Source of the DNA: Octopus bimaculoides
Lineage: Eukaryota
DNA length: 56,246 bases
Direction of reading: 5' to 3'
Assembly (NCBI RefSeq): GCF_001194135.2
Contig: NC_069002.1
Location: forward strand, 7,128,429 to 7,184,674
Shown here: positions 39,048-51,964 of the stretch, piece by piece
Layout of the letters: every line of letters starts with the position of its first letter
Position numbering within the stretch: the stretch's first letter is position 1
Made by a program: the position numbers and the translations under genes
The notes under the pieces: model-generated
Databases searched by the model: none
The model's input: only the letters and a program-made list of their open reading frames with translations
What the model was told of the DNA's origin: nothing

Positions 39048-40279
39048 TATATGTGTATATATATATACGTTTGTGTGTGTGTGTATTTATATTATATATA
39101 CGCATGTACAGACAAACACATATAAATATATATATATACATACCTATATACGTATATATATATATACATATATACATAATATATACACTCATATATGCTC
39201 ATATATACACGCACATCTACACACACACACATATATATGTATATATATATTTATACTCAAATTTCTATATACACTAACACACAGTAGACACACATGCGCA
39301 AACAAGAAACAAACCCAAATATAAACTCACACATAAGAAACCAACACACACACACACACACACACAAACAAAACTCACATAAATACAATCCTTTTGCCGT
39401 AAATGTACCGCTAATATTTTTCACTTAACTTGATGGGCGGCCATTTTGTTCGATATACAGTTAAATGCAACTTTAACATTTCAACGTTTTGTGCTAAGTG
39501 GTCGCTTTAGCGGGAAATGTCATTGCTTCAGTCTTAACGTCTTTCCCTCCTGATGCATTTTAGGTTTTTCTTTAATGATTCTGTTTACTCAAAATTCCTA
39601 CCGACATAGGATTGCGAATAAATGTGAATGTATGTATGCATCTGTAAGTATATAAGTGTAGCAATATGCATGTGAGCATGAAGATGCATGTATTTATTCA
39701 TATACGTATGTAGACATTCAAACACATGTAAATATGAAAAATGAAGTTATGATGCACGTCTGAGAGTACTTATGTGAACACGTCTGTACGTGCGTGTGTG
39801 AATGTGTGTGTGTTTGTATCTATGTACGTATGCATATGTGCACACACATATTGTAAGTTTGTACATATATATATATATATATACATATACAGAAGCATAT
39901 GAATGGGTGAGCTTTCATATATGAACTTGCACGTAGACGTATGTATTTGTATTTTTGTATGTATGTATTATGTATGTATGTATGTGTGTATGTATACATG
40001 TATGCATGTATGTATATATATCTATATAGATGTACATCCATATTAATCTGTATTTACGCGCACACACACACACATATATCCATATATATTCACGTACAGG
40101 CTCACATATATACCTGTATATACGCATCTATCTTTGTATATATAAATATATTTCCATATATACGTACGTGTGCTTGTATGTGTATATACATGCGCACACA
40201 CACACATGCATAGCTATACATGGGTATATATATATATGCATGCATATATATGTGCTTCATATGAATATATTTATCTGAA

Positions 40280-41110
40280 GACGAGGAAGATGTGTGCTTT
40301 ATAGAGGAAGCACAGCTTGTGTTGTTGGAATGCAATCAGTAAATTAACTCTGTATTTACTCAGAGTTTTATCCGCAATATGCTTGACTGTTATGTTTTCG
40401 GCAGTATTGTGAGACATGTCGGAAGATATTAAAACCCATACGTACATTTGTAAGGTAAATTTCCACTAGTTAAGATTCTTTTGTCTCGTTGCATTCTGCA
40501 GAGTCGCTCTTTTTAGAGTGCTATGTGTTGAGGCTGCAGTTTTCATCTCTTATGGTTTTTACTGTGCAAATAGAAACCGATATTTCAGTTGCAGTTCTTT
40601 ACAACCTAATTCTGTGGGTTATGCTGTTCAGCTCTCCGCTCATGGCAGGCAGGCAGGTGGACAACACCCTTGATAACAGACACCATACACTGCTACAGCA
40701 TTTGGGAGCTTTCGAATAAGTAAAGCCTACAGTTCCGAGTTCCTTTGACGATGTCATATTGCTGTCACTGTTGGTCAGAGTCAGCGGAGATCATATAAAT
40801 CTCTAACAGATTCGTGTAAGTCTCCTTCCTATGTGATGTGAATTATTTGTAATGTTGAGTGAAACGATCATTGAAGGTATTTGCTGTTAAACCTTGACCG
40901 TAATGTTTTATCACTTGAAGAGATTTTGGTATTTGTGTAAAGCTAGGAAATGATGTCATATTAATGTTTGAAAATTCCCGTTTTGGAAGTGACGCCCATG
41001 TGATGTGGAGGATTAAACCAAATTACTTTTCTGTTACTAGCTCTAGTCTACTTTGCGATGAGTTAGTATTCCATACATGTTGGTATTGTAATGCAGTGAC
41101 CCCTAGCTTA
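40280..41110 (-). mobile_element. Degenerate Penelope-like 3' region (linker plus GIY-YIG remnant)
   Basis: Minus strand SNRKVIWFNPPHH (WFNPP at 41006-41020), then HF..HKYQNLFK, RNCR, NHK..AL and a C-terminal LSKYRVNLLIAFQQHKLCFL-like stretch; many stops and frameshifts. Confidence 0.55.
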
Positions 41111-42242
41111 CACATCATAATAATAGGACGCTAACCTTTAGCTGACATCTTCCCCATGCAACACCACCACCACCGCCACCGCTGCCGCCACCACCNNNNN
41201 NNNNNNNNNNNNNNNNNNNNNNNNNNNNNNNNNNNNNNNNNNNNNNNNNNNNNNNNNNNNNNNNNNNNNNNNNNNNNNNNNNNNNNNNNNNNNNNNNNNN
41301 NNNNNNNNNNNNNNNNNNNNNNNNNNNNNNNNNNNNNNNNNNNNNNNNNNNNNNNNNNNNNNNNNNNNNNNNNNNNNNNNNNNNNNNNNNNNNNNNNNNN
41401 NNNNNNNNNNNNNNNNNNNNNNNNNNNNNNNNNNNNNNNNNNNNNNNNNNNNNNNNNNNNNNNNNNNNNNNNNNNNNNNNNNNNNNNNNNNNNNNNNNNN
41501 NNNNNNNNNNNNNNNNNNNNNNNNNNNNNNNNNNNNNNNNNNNNNNNNNNNNNNNNNNNNNNNNNNNNNNNNNNNNNNNNNNNNNNNNNNNNNNNNNNNN
41601 NNNNNNNNNNNNNNNNNNNNNNNNNNNNNNNNNNNNNNNNNNNNNNNNNNNNNNNNNNNNNNNNNNNNNNNNNNNNNNNNNNNNNNNNNNNNNNNNNNNN
41701 NNNNNNNNNNNNNNNNNNNNNNNNNNNNNNNNNNNNNNNNNNNNNNNNNNNNNNNNNNNNNNNNNNNNNNNNNNNNNNNNNNNNNNNNNNNNNNNNNNNN
41801 NNNNNNNNNNNNNNNNNNNNNNNNNNNNNNNNNNNNNNNNNNNNNNNNNNNNNNNNNNNNNNNNNNNNNNNNNNNNNNNNNNNNNNNNNNNNNNNNNNNN
41901 NNNNNNNNNNNNNNNNNNNNNNNNNNNNNNNNNNNNNNNNNNNNNNNNNNNNNNNNNNNNNNNNNNNNNNNNNNNNNNNNNNNNNNNNNNNNNNNNNNNN
42001 NNNNNNNNNNNNNNNNNNNNNNNNNNNNNNNNNNNNNNNNNNNNNNNNNNNNNNNNNNNNNNNNNNNNNNNNNNNNNNNNNNNNNNNNNNNNNNNNNNNN
42101 NNNNNNNNNNNNNNNNNTGTATGTATGTATATTTGTACTTGTTAATGTTGTTGCTATTAAGGAAGTTCGTGGATTTTCTAATGATAGCAGAGTTTGTTGT
42201 TGTTGTTGTTGTTGCTAATATCATTAATGCTGGTGTTGCTGT

Positions 42243-42274
<32 letters not shown>

Positions 42275-44104
42275 GTGGTGATGATGATGATGGTAGTGGT
42301 GGTGGTGGTGGTGCTGTTAGTGTTTTTGATATTTTTGCGGTTCTGTACTTGTAATCGTTCTTTTTTTTTCTTTAAGCGCTATCAATCATGTAATTGTTGC
42401 TATAAGGTATTTTTTTTTCATTATACTTATCGTCGCTGATAACGTTGCTAATGTGTAAGTGTGTCTGTATGTATGTATGTATGTATGTATGTATGTATGT
42501 ATGTATGTATGTATGTGTGTGTATGTATGTATGTATCTACGCATCTATGCATGTACGTATGTATGTACACAAGAATGTGATAGCTATTTATAGAAGTACA
42601 TACTTTTACACATACACATATGTGTGCATGCATATATATAAATAGCAGTGTGTGTATGTATGAGTGTATGTATAGATGTATATGTGTATATATATATATA
42701 TATATANNNNNNNNNNTATAGATCTAGTTGGTGTGGATTTAAGCAGTGGAATGGACGTCGCTTGTTTGGTATTTATTTGTATGGTTCGGCATCCAGTGTA
42801 CCTTGCGCTCGCCCTGGTAGCCTACACCTTGATTTCTTGTTTCCGAATGTTTGATTCTTCCATTGTAGCTCTGACCTTGGGTTGTTTCTGCAGCTCTGTT
42901 CTTTAACGTGTCTACGCCTTATGTGACGATGAGTTATTTTTCTTTCAGTTAATTAGGCTTGAAGGACTTAACATTTAGGCGTAATCTATATTTTTAATAT
43001 TTGAAAATATATAAGCTTCACTCGGAAATCTAAACTAAGAAGTGACAGACAGGTTTTATGTGAATACGAGTAAAAATATAAAATAATTTACCACTTCTAG
43101 TTGTCTTAGACTCTGAGGTTATAGCATTCTATCCATCCTCACAATATTATAGCAACATGGCTGTTCACATATCTACCAGTCTATCGATATACTGAGCTTC
43201 TTAACTGCATACGTGCATACACATTTACATACATAAGAGGAGGCATAGCGTCCCTTGGGACTGACATGAAAACGTATGCACAGCATAATGGTCAGCTTTC
43301 CTACTGATATGAATATCTTTTTAAAATTCAAAGGGATAGAGGATAGCTAAGGACAACCGTTTGGAAATCTATAAGCACCTTATAAATTCCCATTTACACC
43401 AATAATAATTGTGGCAGTTGGTTTTGTGAATAAAAACTTAAGTGAAAATCTAGAAAAGCCGGGGCTTTCAGAAAAAATCTCAACTAGCTGAGAAACACTT
43501 TACAAATACAATCTGTTACTTTCACAATGAAATTATTCGGTAAATGTTTTCTATGCTCTATAATTAGCCAGATATTACTATTGTCAATCTGTAATTGAAG
43601 AGGGATATCTTTCCCTGATGAAAATATAAGAAAACCAGAAACTAGCCAGAATTGTGACACTTTTCACCTTCTTAGTAAAATAAAACTCGCTATGTAACTA
43701 CTATATTTAATTTTTACTGCAAAGCTAAATATATCAAAGTCTCCACACAACAAGCAATCTAATCTGCAAGTGAGAGGTATCAACTGTTTCTGCCACGGAA
43801 CAGCGAAAAGTAGGGAAAAATAATAAAATGTAGAAGAAAAGTAAGAGAATGAAAAAAGATGCTCTCTATAAAAAAAATCAAAAATATAAAAATCAATGAT
43901 AAAGGGAGGTAATTGTAGATAATCGTTTGTCTCACAAAAGAGCTGAATAGTTTTTGGATCTGTCAGAATATCAATTTAAATCTGTTGCTGTCAACTTAGA
44001 GAGGGAGGAAAGAGAAGGGAAAGAAATGAGAGACAGAGGAAGGGAAAGAAAACGGAGAAGGTAAAAATCAAATATTAGTATAGGTAACTTATCAATATGC
44101 GAAC

Positions 44105-44142
<38 letters not shown>

Positions 44143-44538
44143 TATGTCTATATATAGATGGAGAGATATATGCATAAAAACATACAGACATATATATGCA
44201 TATGCACACACACACACACATGCACACATAAATATATATATACGTATGTATATGTGTGTATGTATATATACATATACATATATATATATATATANNNNNN
44301 NNNNNNNNNNNNNNNNNNNNNNNNNNNNNNNNNNNNNNNNNNNNNNNNNNNNNNNNNNNNNNNNNNNNNNNNNNNNNNNNNNNNNNNNNNNNNNNNNNNN
44401 NNNNNNNNNNNNNNNNNNNNNNNNNNNNNNNNNNNNNNNNNNNNNNNNNNNNNNNNNNNNNNNNNNNNNNNNNNNNNNNNNNNNNNNNNNNNNNNNNNNN
44501 NNNNNNNNNNNNNNNNNNNNNNNNNNNNNNNNNNNNNN

Positions 44539-44584
<46 letters not shown>

Positions 44585-44639
44585 CACATACATATGTGTG
44601 TGTATCAGTGTGTATCAGGGTCTGTGTAGTCACTTCAGA

Positions 44640-44790
44640 AATAGAGTAACATATAATACACCAAATGAAGACCATAGCAAAATACTACATGTGAGGGAGA
44701 GAAGCATGATCTGGTTTAATCCACCTTTTAGGAAATCAGTCGCAACAAGACTGGCAAATCAATTGCTCTACCTGATGAAGAAATTTTAAA
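44640..44790 (+). mobile_element. Penelope-like element fragment (post-RT linker)
   Basis: RERSMIWFNPPFRKSVATRLANQLLYLMKKF; WFNPP at 44712-44726 is a conserved PLE linker motif. Confidence 0.7.
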
Positions 44791-45062
44791 TAACATTCAA
44801 AAAGAACAATACAAAATACTATGATTCTACGACTTTTGTTGTGTAAGGGATACAATTTCGTAGCATATACATATATGCATGTATACATAGGTATGAACAT
44901 ACAAGTATATATATACGTGTGTTTGTGTTTGTGTGTGCGTATGTGTGTATATATTGATGTGTATCTACCTATTTATGTATTTCTAACTCTCTCTGACTCT
45001 CTATGCCAATCTCTCTCCGCATCACTCTCTCTCTCTCTGTCTCTCTCTGTATATATATATAA

Positions 45063-45119
<57 letters not shown>

Positions 45120-46472
45120 CACAACATATATATTATATATATACATATATATAGCGATATATGGATTTGTACGTATCTACATATAAATATATATATATAT
45201 GTGTGTGTGTGTGCGTGTATGTGTATGCATATCTAACTATGTATGCACAAACGCATGCTCACACACACATACACACATATATATCCATTTCTCATTTCTC
45301 TTTTGAAAATGAAGTAATGATTACTGTTAGCTGGAGTAGATTATGTATTTGCTGGTGTTTGCTACTTGTGTTGTTGTTGTTGTCGTTTTGATTATGATGA
45401 TGATGATGATGATGATGACGACGACGACGACGAAGATGATGGTGATGATGATGATGTTGATGATGATGATGTTAGAACACGTCTTAAATGAACCGCTGTC
45501 ATGTTTACACCGGAGTAAATGAGTCAATAAAATGCATTACAAACACATGTGAAACACCCTCTTTCCTTACTTTCACCACACACCAACGCACACACACACA
45601 CACACCACATGTACACACGGAATAGAAATACATATACGCATAGTTACAATTATCTCCATACATATACATACACGCACTCACACACACACACACGCACATA
45701 CACATTTCCATTCTTTCTGTCTTTATTCATGGCTTCACTTCTTTCACCCGTTTCTCACTAAGCTTTACCAAAGCTGTTAACACTGTTAAAATGTTTTACA
45801 TAAGCACACACACACACACACACACACATAGACACACACACACACATACACACACACACTGTATATATACACACATTATATATATATATNNNNNNNNNNN
45901 NNNNNNNNNNNNNNNNNNNNNNNNNNNNNNNNNNNNNNNNNNNNNNNNNNNNNNNNNNNNNNNNNNNNNNNNNNNNNNNNNNNNNNNNNNNNNNNNNNNN
46001 NNNNNNNNNNNNNNNNNNNNNNNNNNNNNNNNNNNNNNNNNNNNNNNNNNNNNNNNNNNNNNNNNNNNNNNNNNNNNNNNNNNNNNNNNNNNNNNNNNNN
46101 NNNNNNNNNNNNNNNNNNNNNNNNNNNNNNNNNNNNNNNNNNNNNNNNNNNNNNNNNNNNNNNNNNNNNNNNNNNNNNNNNNNNNNNNNNNNNNNNNNNN
46201 NNNNNNNNNNNNNNNNNNNNNNNNNNNNNNNNNNNNNNNNNNNNNNNNNNNNNNNNNNNNNNNNNNNNNNNNNNNNNNNNNNNNNNNNNNNNNNNNNNNN
46301 NNNNNNNNNNNNNNNNNNNNNNNNNNNNNNNNNNNNNNNNNNNNNNNNNNNNNNNNNNNNNNNNNNNNNNNNNNNNNNNNNNNNNNNNNNNNNNNNNNNN
46401 NNNNNNNNNNNNNNNNNNNNNNNNNNNNNNNNNNNNNNNNNNNNNNNNNNNNNNNNNNNNNNNNNNNNNNNN

Positions 46473-46515
<43 letters not shown>

Positions 46516-46782
46516 GGTGTGGCTATGAGAATGTGCGTTCGTGTTTGCGTATATATGTGTGCATGTATAGTTAGTTGGTTATATGTTAATGTTTGACGTT
46601 GAATTAGGTCGCTTGCTTAGATCTGTGTGTGATTCTGTGTGTGTATGTGTGTGTGTATGTGTGTGAATGTGTGTGTATATGTGTGTCTGAGTTTAAGCCT
46701 GTGTGAATGTGTGTGTTTATGTCTTTCTACATACGTGTGTCATTTTCATTCGATGTACAAACGTGTATATGTTTGTATATTC

Positions 46783-46822
<40 letters not shown>

Positions 46823-47102
46823 ATCTGTGTATGTGTATGCGTGTGTGTGTATGTGTGCATAGTTGTATATATAAGCGTAAATATATATTTTTGTGTGTGT
46901 GAGTGTGTATGTGTGTGTGAATATATTTACAAACATATTTATACTTGTATATATATATATATTTATATATATATATATATATATATAGATATATATATAT
47001 ATATATATATACATATATATATTGTATATGTACAAATGTACGATGTGCTTGTATGTGTGTGTGTCTACTTGTGTGTGCGTGCGTGCCTCTGTGAGTGCGT
47101 GT

Positions 47103-47172
<70 letters not shown>

Positions 47173-47480
47173 ACACATGTGTTCTAACGTAATGTAATCG
47201 CCTTTTGAACATTTTCGGGGCAGGAACAGATTTGTACCAATTTTGACTCCTGTTATTGTCATATTTGCTTGTATACTCATTACATTTTATTGTTTTCGCT
47301 GCTACTGCTGCCGTTCTTTTTCTTGGTGGTGCTGCTGTTGTTATTATTAATATTCTTGTTGTTGTTACTGTTACTCTCATTGTTATATGGTATTATATTA
47401 CTATTGTTGTTGCTGTTGCTGTTGCTGGTGCTGTTGGTATCACTCTTATAGTTGTTGGAGATGATCGTATTATTACGGCA

Positions 47481-48280
47481 TATACAATGTGCGATGGGTA
47501 AATTGTCGACTACACAGTAGAGTTGGGCCAGTCGGGCATCTCCTGTGAGAAAAGCAGCAGCCTGACGCAATTCACTCTGCCAGAGATTTCAAACGACATT
47601 CTATGCTGCCTGGCATTCGCGCCGGAAACTTCAATACGAACATTTCAGAATGTTTGGGAGTCAATCTGAGGACATGTACCGAGAGTGATAAAAATCAAAC
47701 ATCCAGTCAACATCATGGTGTTTGAAGTGATCGTTAGAGATGGTGACGTTATGCCTCCATTCATCTTCCAACACGGCTTCAGACTCAACACGGAAGCCTA
47801 CATCAAGTGCCTGGAGGAGGTAGTGCTGCCCTGGGTCAAGAGCGTGGGTACCGAAAGGACTCTGGGGCATACCACACAGGGAAGAGAAACCAGTCATGGC
47901 TTTCAGGCAATTTCTGTGAGCACATCACCCCTAACATCTGGCCACCTAGCTCTCCAGAAAGCAACTCACTTGATTATTGTGTGTGGGGCGCAGTTGAGCA
48001 AGAGAACAACAAAACTCCTTGTAACATGAAAGGTGAACTAAAGGCAAGGATTATGGCAACATTCGCCAACTTAAACAAGGAGACTCTTCAGAAGAGTTGC
48101 AGAAGATTCCAAAGTCGTCTGGAGGCTGTGGTGGAAGCCAATGGCGATTTTATTGAATAAATTTAGTATTTAGTATTTCAAGATATTTTCATGTAATTTT
48201 GGTAAAATATATCTGTTAAAATAAGGCGTCAATGTTATTTTTATTTTTGCGTAATTTAGAGGACAATATATTCAGCACCA
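47481..48280 (+). mobile_element. Internally deleted Tc1/mariner-superfamily transposon, DD37D (maT) type
   Basis: N-terminal GIRAGNFNTNISECLGVNLRT fused directly to IKIKHPVNIMVF...GDVMPPFIF...YIKCLEEVVLPWV, then after a frameshift DSGAYH...WPPSSPESNSLDY...RLEAVVEANGDFIE*. There are 37 residues between the last two Asp. The left end begins after TA at about 47482; the right end is only weakly similar (GACAAT...GCAC). Confidence 0.85.
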
Positions 48281-48530
48281 TCTCTCTCTCTATATATATA
48301 TGTGTGTACGTGTGGGGGGAGTGTATGTGTGTGTGTGGGAGTGTGTGTGTGTGTATGTGTGTNNNNNNNNNNNNNNNNNNNNNNNNNNNNNNNNNNNNNN
48401 NNNNNNNNNNNNNNNNNNNNNNNNNNNNNNNNNNNNNNNNNNNNNNNNNNNNNNNNNNNNNNNNNNNNNNNNNNNNNNNNNNNNNNNNNNNNNNNNNNNN
48501 NNNNNNNNNNNNATATATATATATATATAA

Positions 48531-48628
48531 ACGCGCATGGCTTGGCGATTAGGCTTTTGCTCTCACGATTGCGAGATGGTGGGTTCGTTTCCTAGACCGG
48601 GCGTTGTGGTGTGTTCTTGTGAAAAGCA
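48531..48628 (+). mobile_element. SINE family B head fragment
   Basis: GCATGGCTTGGCGATTAGG (A-box-like), GGGTTCGTTTCC (B-box-like), GTGTTCTTGTGAAAAGCAC. Confidence 0.55.
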
Positions 48629-49250
48629 CAGAAAGAGAGAGGGAGAGGAAGGGAGTGGAAACAGAATAGAAAAAAAACATTGCTAAAGTAATGACCCAGA
48701 TGCAATTTTTATTCTCTCCCCTTCTCATTCTCCAGCTTCTTACTATCCCTTGTCAGCCACAAACCCACGACTCGTGCCCCTCCCCTCTTTTTACTTCCTT
48801 CTATCTGCCACCTCCTACTCTTCACATACGTAAATACATGCATACATACATACATGCATACATACATACGTACATACATACATACATATAAACATACGTA
48901 CATGCATATATGCATATATATACATATATACACATCACATTGTATAGCAATTCTATTGTAAATGATATCCTTAACATACGGTTTTAATTGTAAATTCATG
49001 AGGCGAGCCTATGATACGACCTCTTATTTCGTTTTTTGTGTTTTCCTTGATAGATATATCAACACATTTAGTGCGATCACGTGATTATGATTATATTATC
49101 TGTGACCACTGCCAACAAAACACCCTGAGCAGGCATGTATGTATACATGCATGTATGCATGTATGTATTTGTTTATGTATGTATGTATGTATGTCTGAAC
49201 TACATATCTATGTAATATATGTCTGTCAGTCTCTCTATATGTGTCTATGT

Positions 49251-49314
<64 letters not shown>

Positions 49315-50132
49315 ATATATATATATATANNNNNNNNNNNNNNNNNNNNNNNNNNNNNNNNNNNNNNNNNNNNNNNNNNNNNNNNNNNNNNNNNNNNNNN
49401 NNNNNNNNNNNNNNNNNNNNNNNNNNNNNNNNNNNNNNNNNNNNNNNNNNNNNNNNNNNNNNNNNNNNNNNNNNNNNNNNNNNNNNNNNNNNNNNNNNNN
49501 NNNNNNNNNNNNNNNNNNNNNNNNNNNNNNNNNNNNNNNNNNNNNNNNNNNNNNNNNNNNNNNNNNNNNNNNNNNNNNNNNNNNNNNNNNNNNNNNNNNN
49601 NNNNNNNNNNNNNNNNNNNNNNNNNNNNNNNNNNNNNNNNNNNNNNNNNNNNNNNNNNNNNNNNNNNNNNNNNNNNNNNNNNNNNNNNNNNNNNNNNNNN
49701 NNNNNNNNNNNNNNNNNNNNNNNNNNNNNNNNNNNNNNNNNNNNNNNNNNNNNNNNNNNNNNNNNNNNNNNNNNNNNNNNNNNNNNNNNNNNNNNNNNNN
49801 NNNNNNNNNNNNNNNNNNNNNNNNNNNNNNNNNNNNNNNNNNNNNNNNNNNNNNNNNNNNNNNNNNNNNNNNNNNNNNNNNNNNNNNNNNNNNNNNNNNN
49901 NNNNNNNNNNNNNNNNNNNNNNNNNNNNNNNNNNNNNNNNNNNNNNNNNNNNNNNNNNNNNNNNNNNNNNNNNNNNNNNNNNNNNTACAAGCATACATAC
50001 ACATATACATAAACACACTCACACAAACACACATATATATATGGGAGAATATACAAATAATAACAACAGACGAGGACAGGTGATGTAAATAACAAAAGGA
50101 TATATTAGTATGACGCTTGGGAATACGGAAAG

Positions 50133-50169
50133 TCTTTGACGTTTCGAGCTACGCTCTTCAACAGAAAGA
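50133..50169 (-). ncRNA. Minimal type-I hammerhead ribozyme motif (Penelope-type), core variant CUGUUGA
   Basis: Minus strand reads UCUUU-CUGUUGA-A-GAGC GUA GCUC-GAA-ACGU-C|AAAGA: stem I UCUUU/AAAGA, stem II GAGC/GCUC, GAAA, palindromic ACGU stem III, GUC triplet with the cut between 50138 and 50137. One mismatch to the CUGANGA core (A6U). Confidence 0.7.
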
Positions 50170-50408
50170 ATACGGAGACAAGGAGAAAAACACGGAGAAA
50201 AACAAATTGAATAGTGTTCAGTCAACGGTCATATATATATGCATGTAAGGATGCATGTGTGTACGTATATACATTCTAACTTTCAATTGTAATTTCATAT
50301 AGTCAGTCCCCATATCATATCTCCATATCGTTGTAAGCGTAGTTTATGGCGCACTCTCGTGTATACTCTACTTTAAAATGCAATTCTGTTGTATTTTCAA
50401 AAATATGA

Positions 50409-50480
50409 AGACAAACATGTAGACAAACATGTAGACAAACATGTAGACAAACATGTAGACAAACATGTAGACAAACATGC
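50409..50480. repeat. 12-bp tandem repeat (AGACAAACATGT) x6
   Basis: Five perfect units plus a sixth ending in C. Confidence 0.95.
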
Positions 50481-50490
50481 CTCTTACTCT

Positions 50491-50530
<40 letters not shown>

Positions 50531-50597
50531 ATCTACACACTCACATAAATGTACATATTTGGACAGACACACATACACACACGCTTGTTTATTACTG

Positions 50598-50849
50598 GTA
50601 CGTATTAGCTACGTTGAGGCCCAAATATTTTCACGACTCTCTGCTCCCACTCCGGAACTATACGGTCGTTATATTGATGACTCTATCGGCGCCACCTCAC
50701 TCTCCCGCGAACAACTAGACTCTTTCCTCTCTTTTGTCCAATCCTTCCCTCGAATTCTCCTCCAATGTTGCCAACACTTCCGTCGCCTTTCTCGTCATTT
50801 CGGTCAACATACACAACTCTGCTCACACTACCTCCATCCACTACGAACT
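50598..50849 (+). mobile_element. Penelope-like retroelement reverse transcriptase fragment (frameshifted)
   Basis: ISYVEAQIFSRLSAPTPELYGRYIDDSIGATSLSREQLDSFLSFVQSF (RYIDD at 50667-50681), continuing in another frame as NPSLEFSSNVANTSVAFLVISVNIHNSAHTTSIHY. This matches the PLE RT motif 5-7 pattern as I recall it. Confidence 0.8.
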
Positions 50850-50888
50850 ATGTATGTATGTATGTATGTATGTATGTATGTATGTATG

Positions 50889-50925
<37 letters not shown>

Positions 50926-51964
50926 GTCTATATTATATATATANNNNNNNNNNNNNNNNNNNNNNNNNNNNNNNNNNNNNNNNNNNNNNNNNNNNNNNNN
51001 NNNNNNNNNNNNNNNNNNNNNNNNNNNNNNNNNNNNNNNNNNNNNNNNNNNNNNNNNNNNNNNNNNNNNNNNNNNNNNNNNNNNNNNNNNNNNNNNNNNN
51101 NNNNNNNNNNNNNNNNNNNNNNNNNNNNNNNNNNNNNNNNNNNNNNNNNNNNNNNNNNNNNNNNNNNNNNNNNNNNNNNNNNNNNNNNNNNNNNNNNNNN
51201 NNNNNNNNNNNNNNNNNNNNNNNNNNNNNNNNNNNNNNNNNNNNNNNNNNNNNNNNNNNNNNNNNNNNNNNNNNNNNNNNNNNNNNNNNNNNNNNNNNNN
51301 NNNNNNNNNNNNNNNNNNNNNNNNNNNNNNNNNNNNNNNNNNNNNNNNNNNNNNNNNNNNNNNNNNNNNNNNNNNNNNNNNNNNNNNNNNNNNNNNNNNN
51401 NNNNNNNNNNNNNNNNNNNNNNNNNNNNNNNNNNNNNNNNNNNNNNNNNNNNNNNNNNNNNNNNNNNNNNNNNNNNNNNNNNNNNNNNNNNNNNNNNNNN
51501 NNNNNNNNNNNNNNNNNNNNNNNNNNNNNNNNNNNNNNNNNNNNNNNNNNNNNNNNNNNNNNNNNNNNNNNNNNNNNNNNNNNNNNNNNNNNNNNNNNNN
51601 NNNNNNNNNNNNNNNNNNNNNNNNNNNNNNNNNNNNNNNNNNNNNNNNNNNNNNNNNNNNNNNNNNNNNNNNNNNNNNNNNNNNNNNNNNNNNNNNNNNN
51701 NNNNNNNNNNNNNNNNNNNNNNNNNNNNNNNNNNNNNNNNNNNNNNNNNNNNNNNNNNNNNNNNNNNNNNNNNNNNNNNNNNNNNNNNNNNNNNNNNNNN
51801 NNNNNNNNNNNNNNNNNNNNNNNNNNNNNNNNNNNNNNNNNNNNNNNNNNNNNNNNNNNNNNNNNNNNNNNNNNNNNNNNNNNNNNNNNNNNNNNNNNNN
51901 NNNNNNNNNNNNNNNNNNNNNNNNNNNNNNNNNNNATATATATATATATATAGGTTTATTTTGG

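Noticed and set aside
43615-44780. Other CTGATGA/CTGAAGA occurrences (also 19675, 20487, 40276) as hammerhead cores
   Set aside because: There is no stem II followed by GAAA and no stem I complement.
50409-50480. p53-like half sites (AAACATGT) in the 12-bp repeat
   Set aside because: AAACATGTAG fails the YYY end of RRRCWWGYYY.
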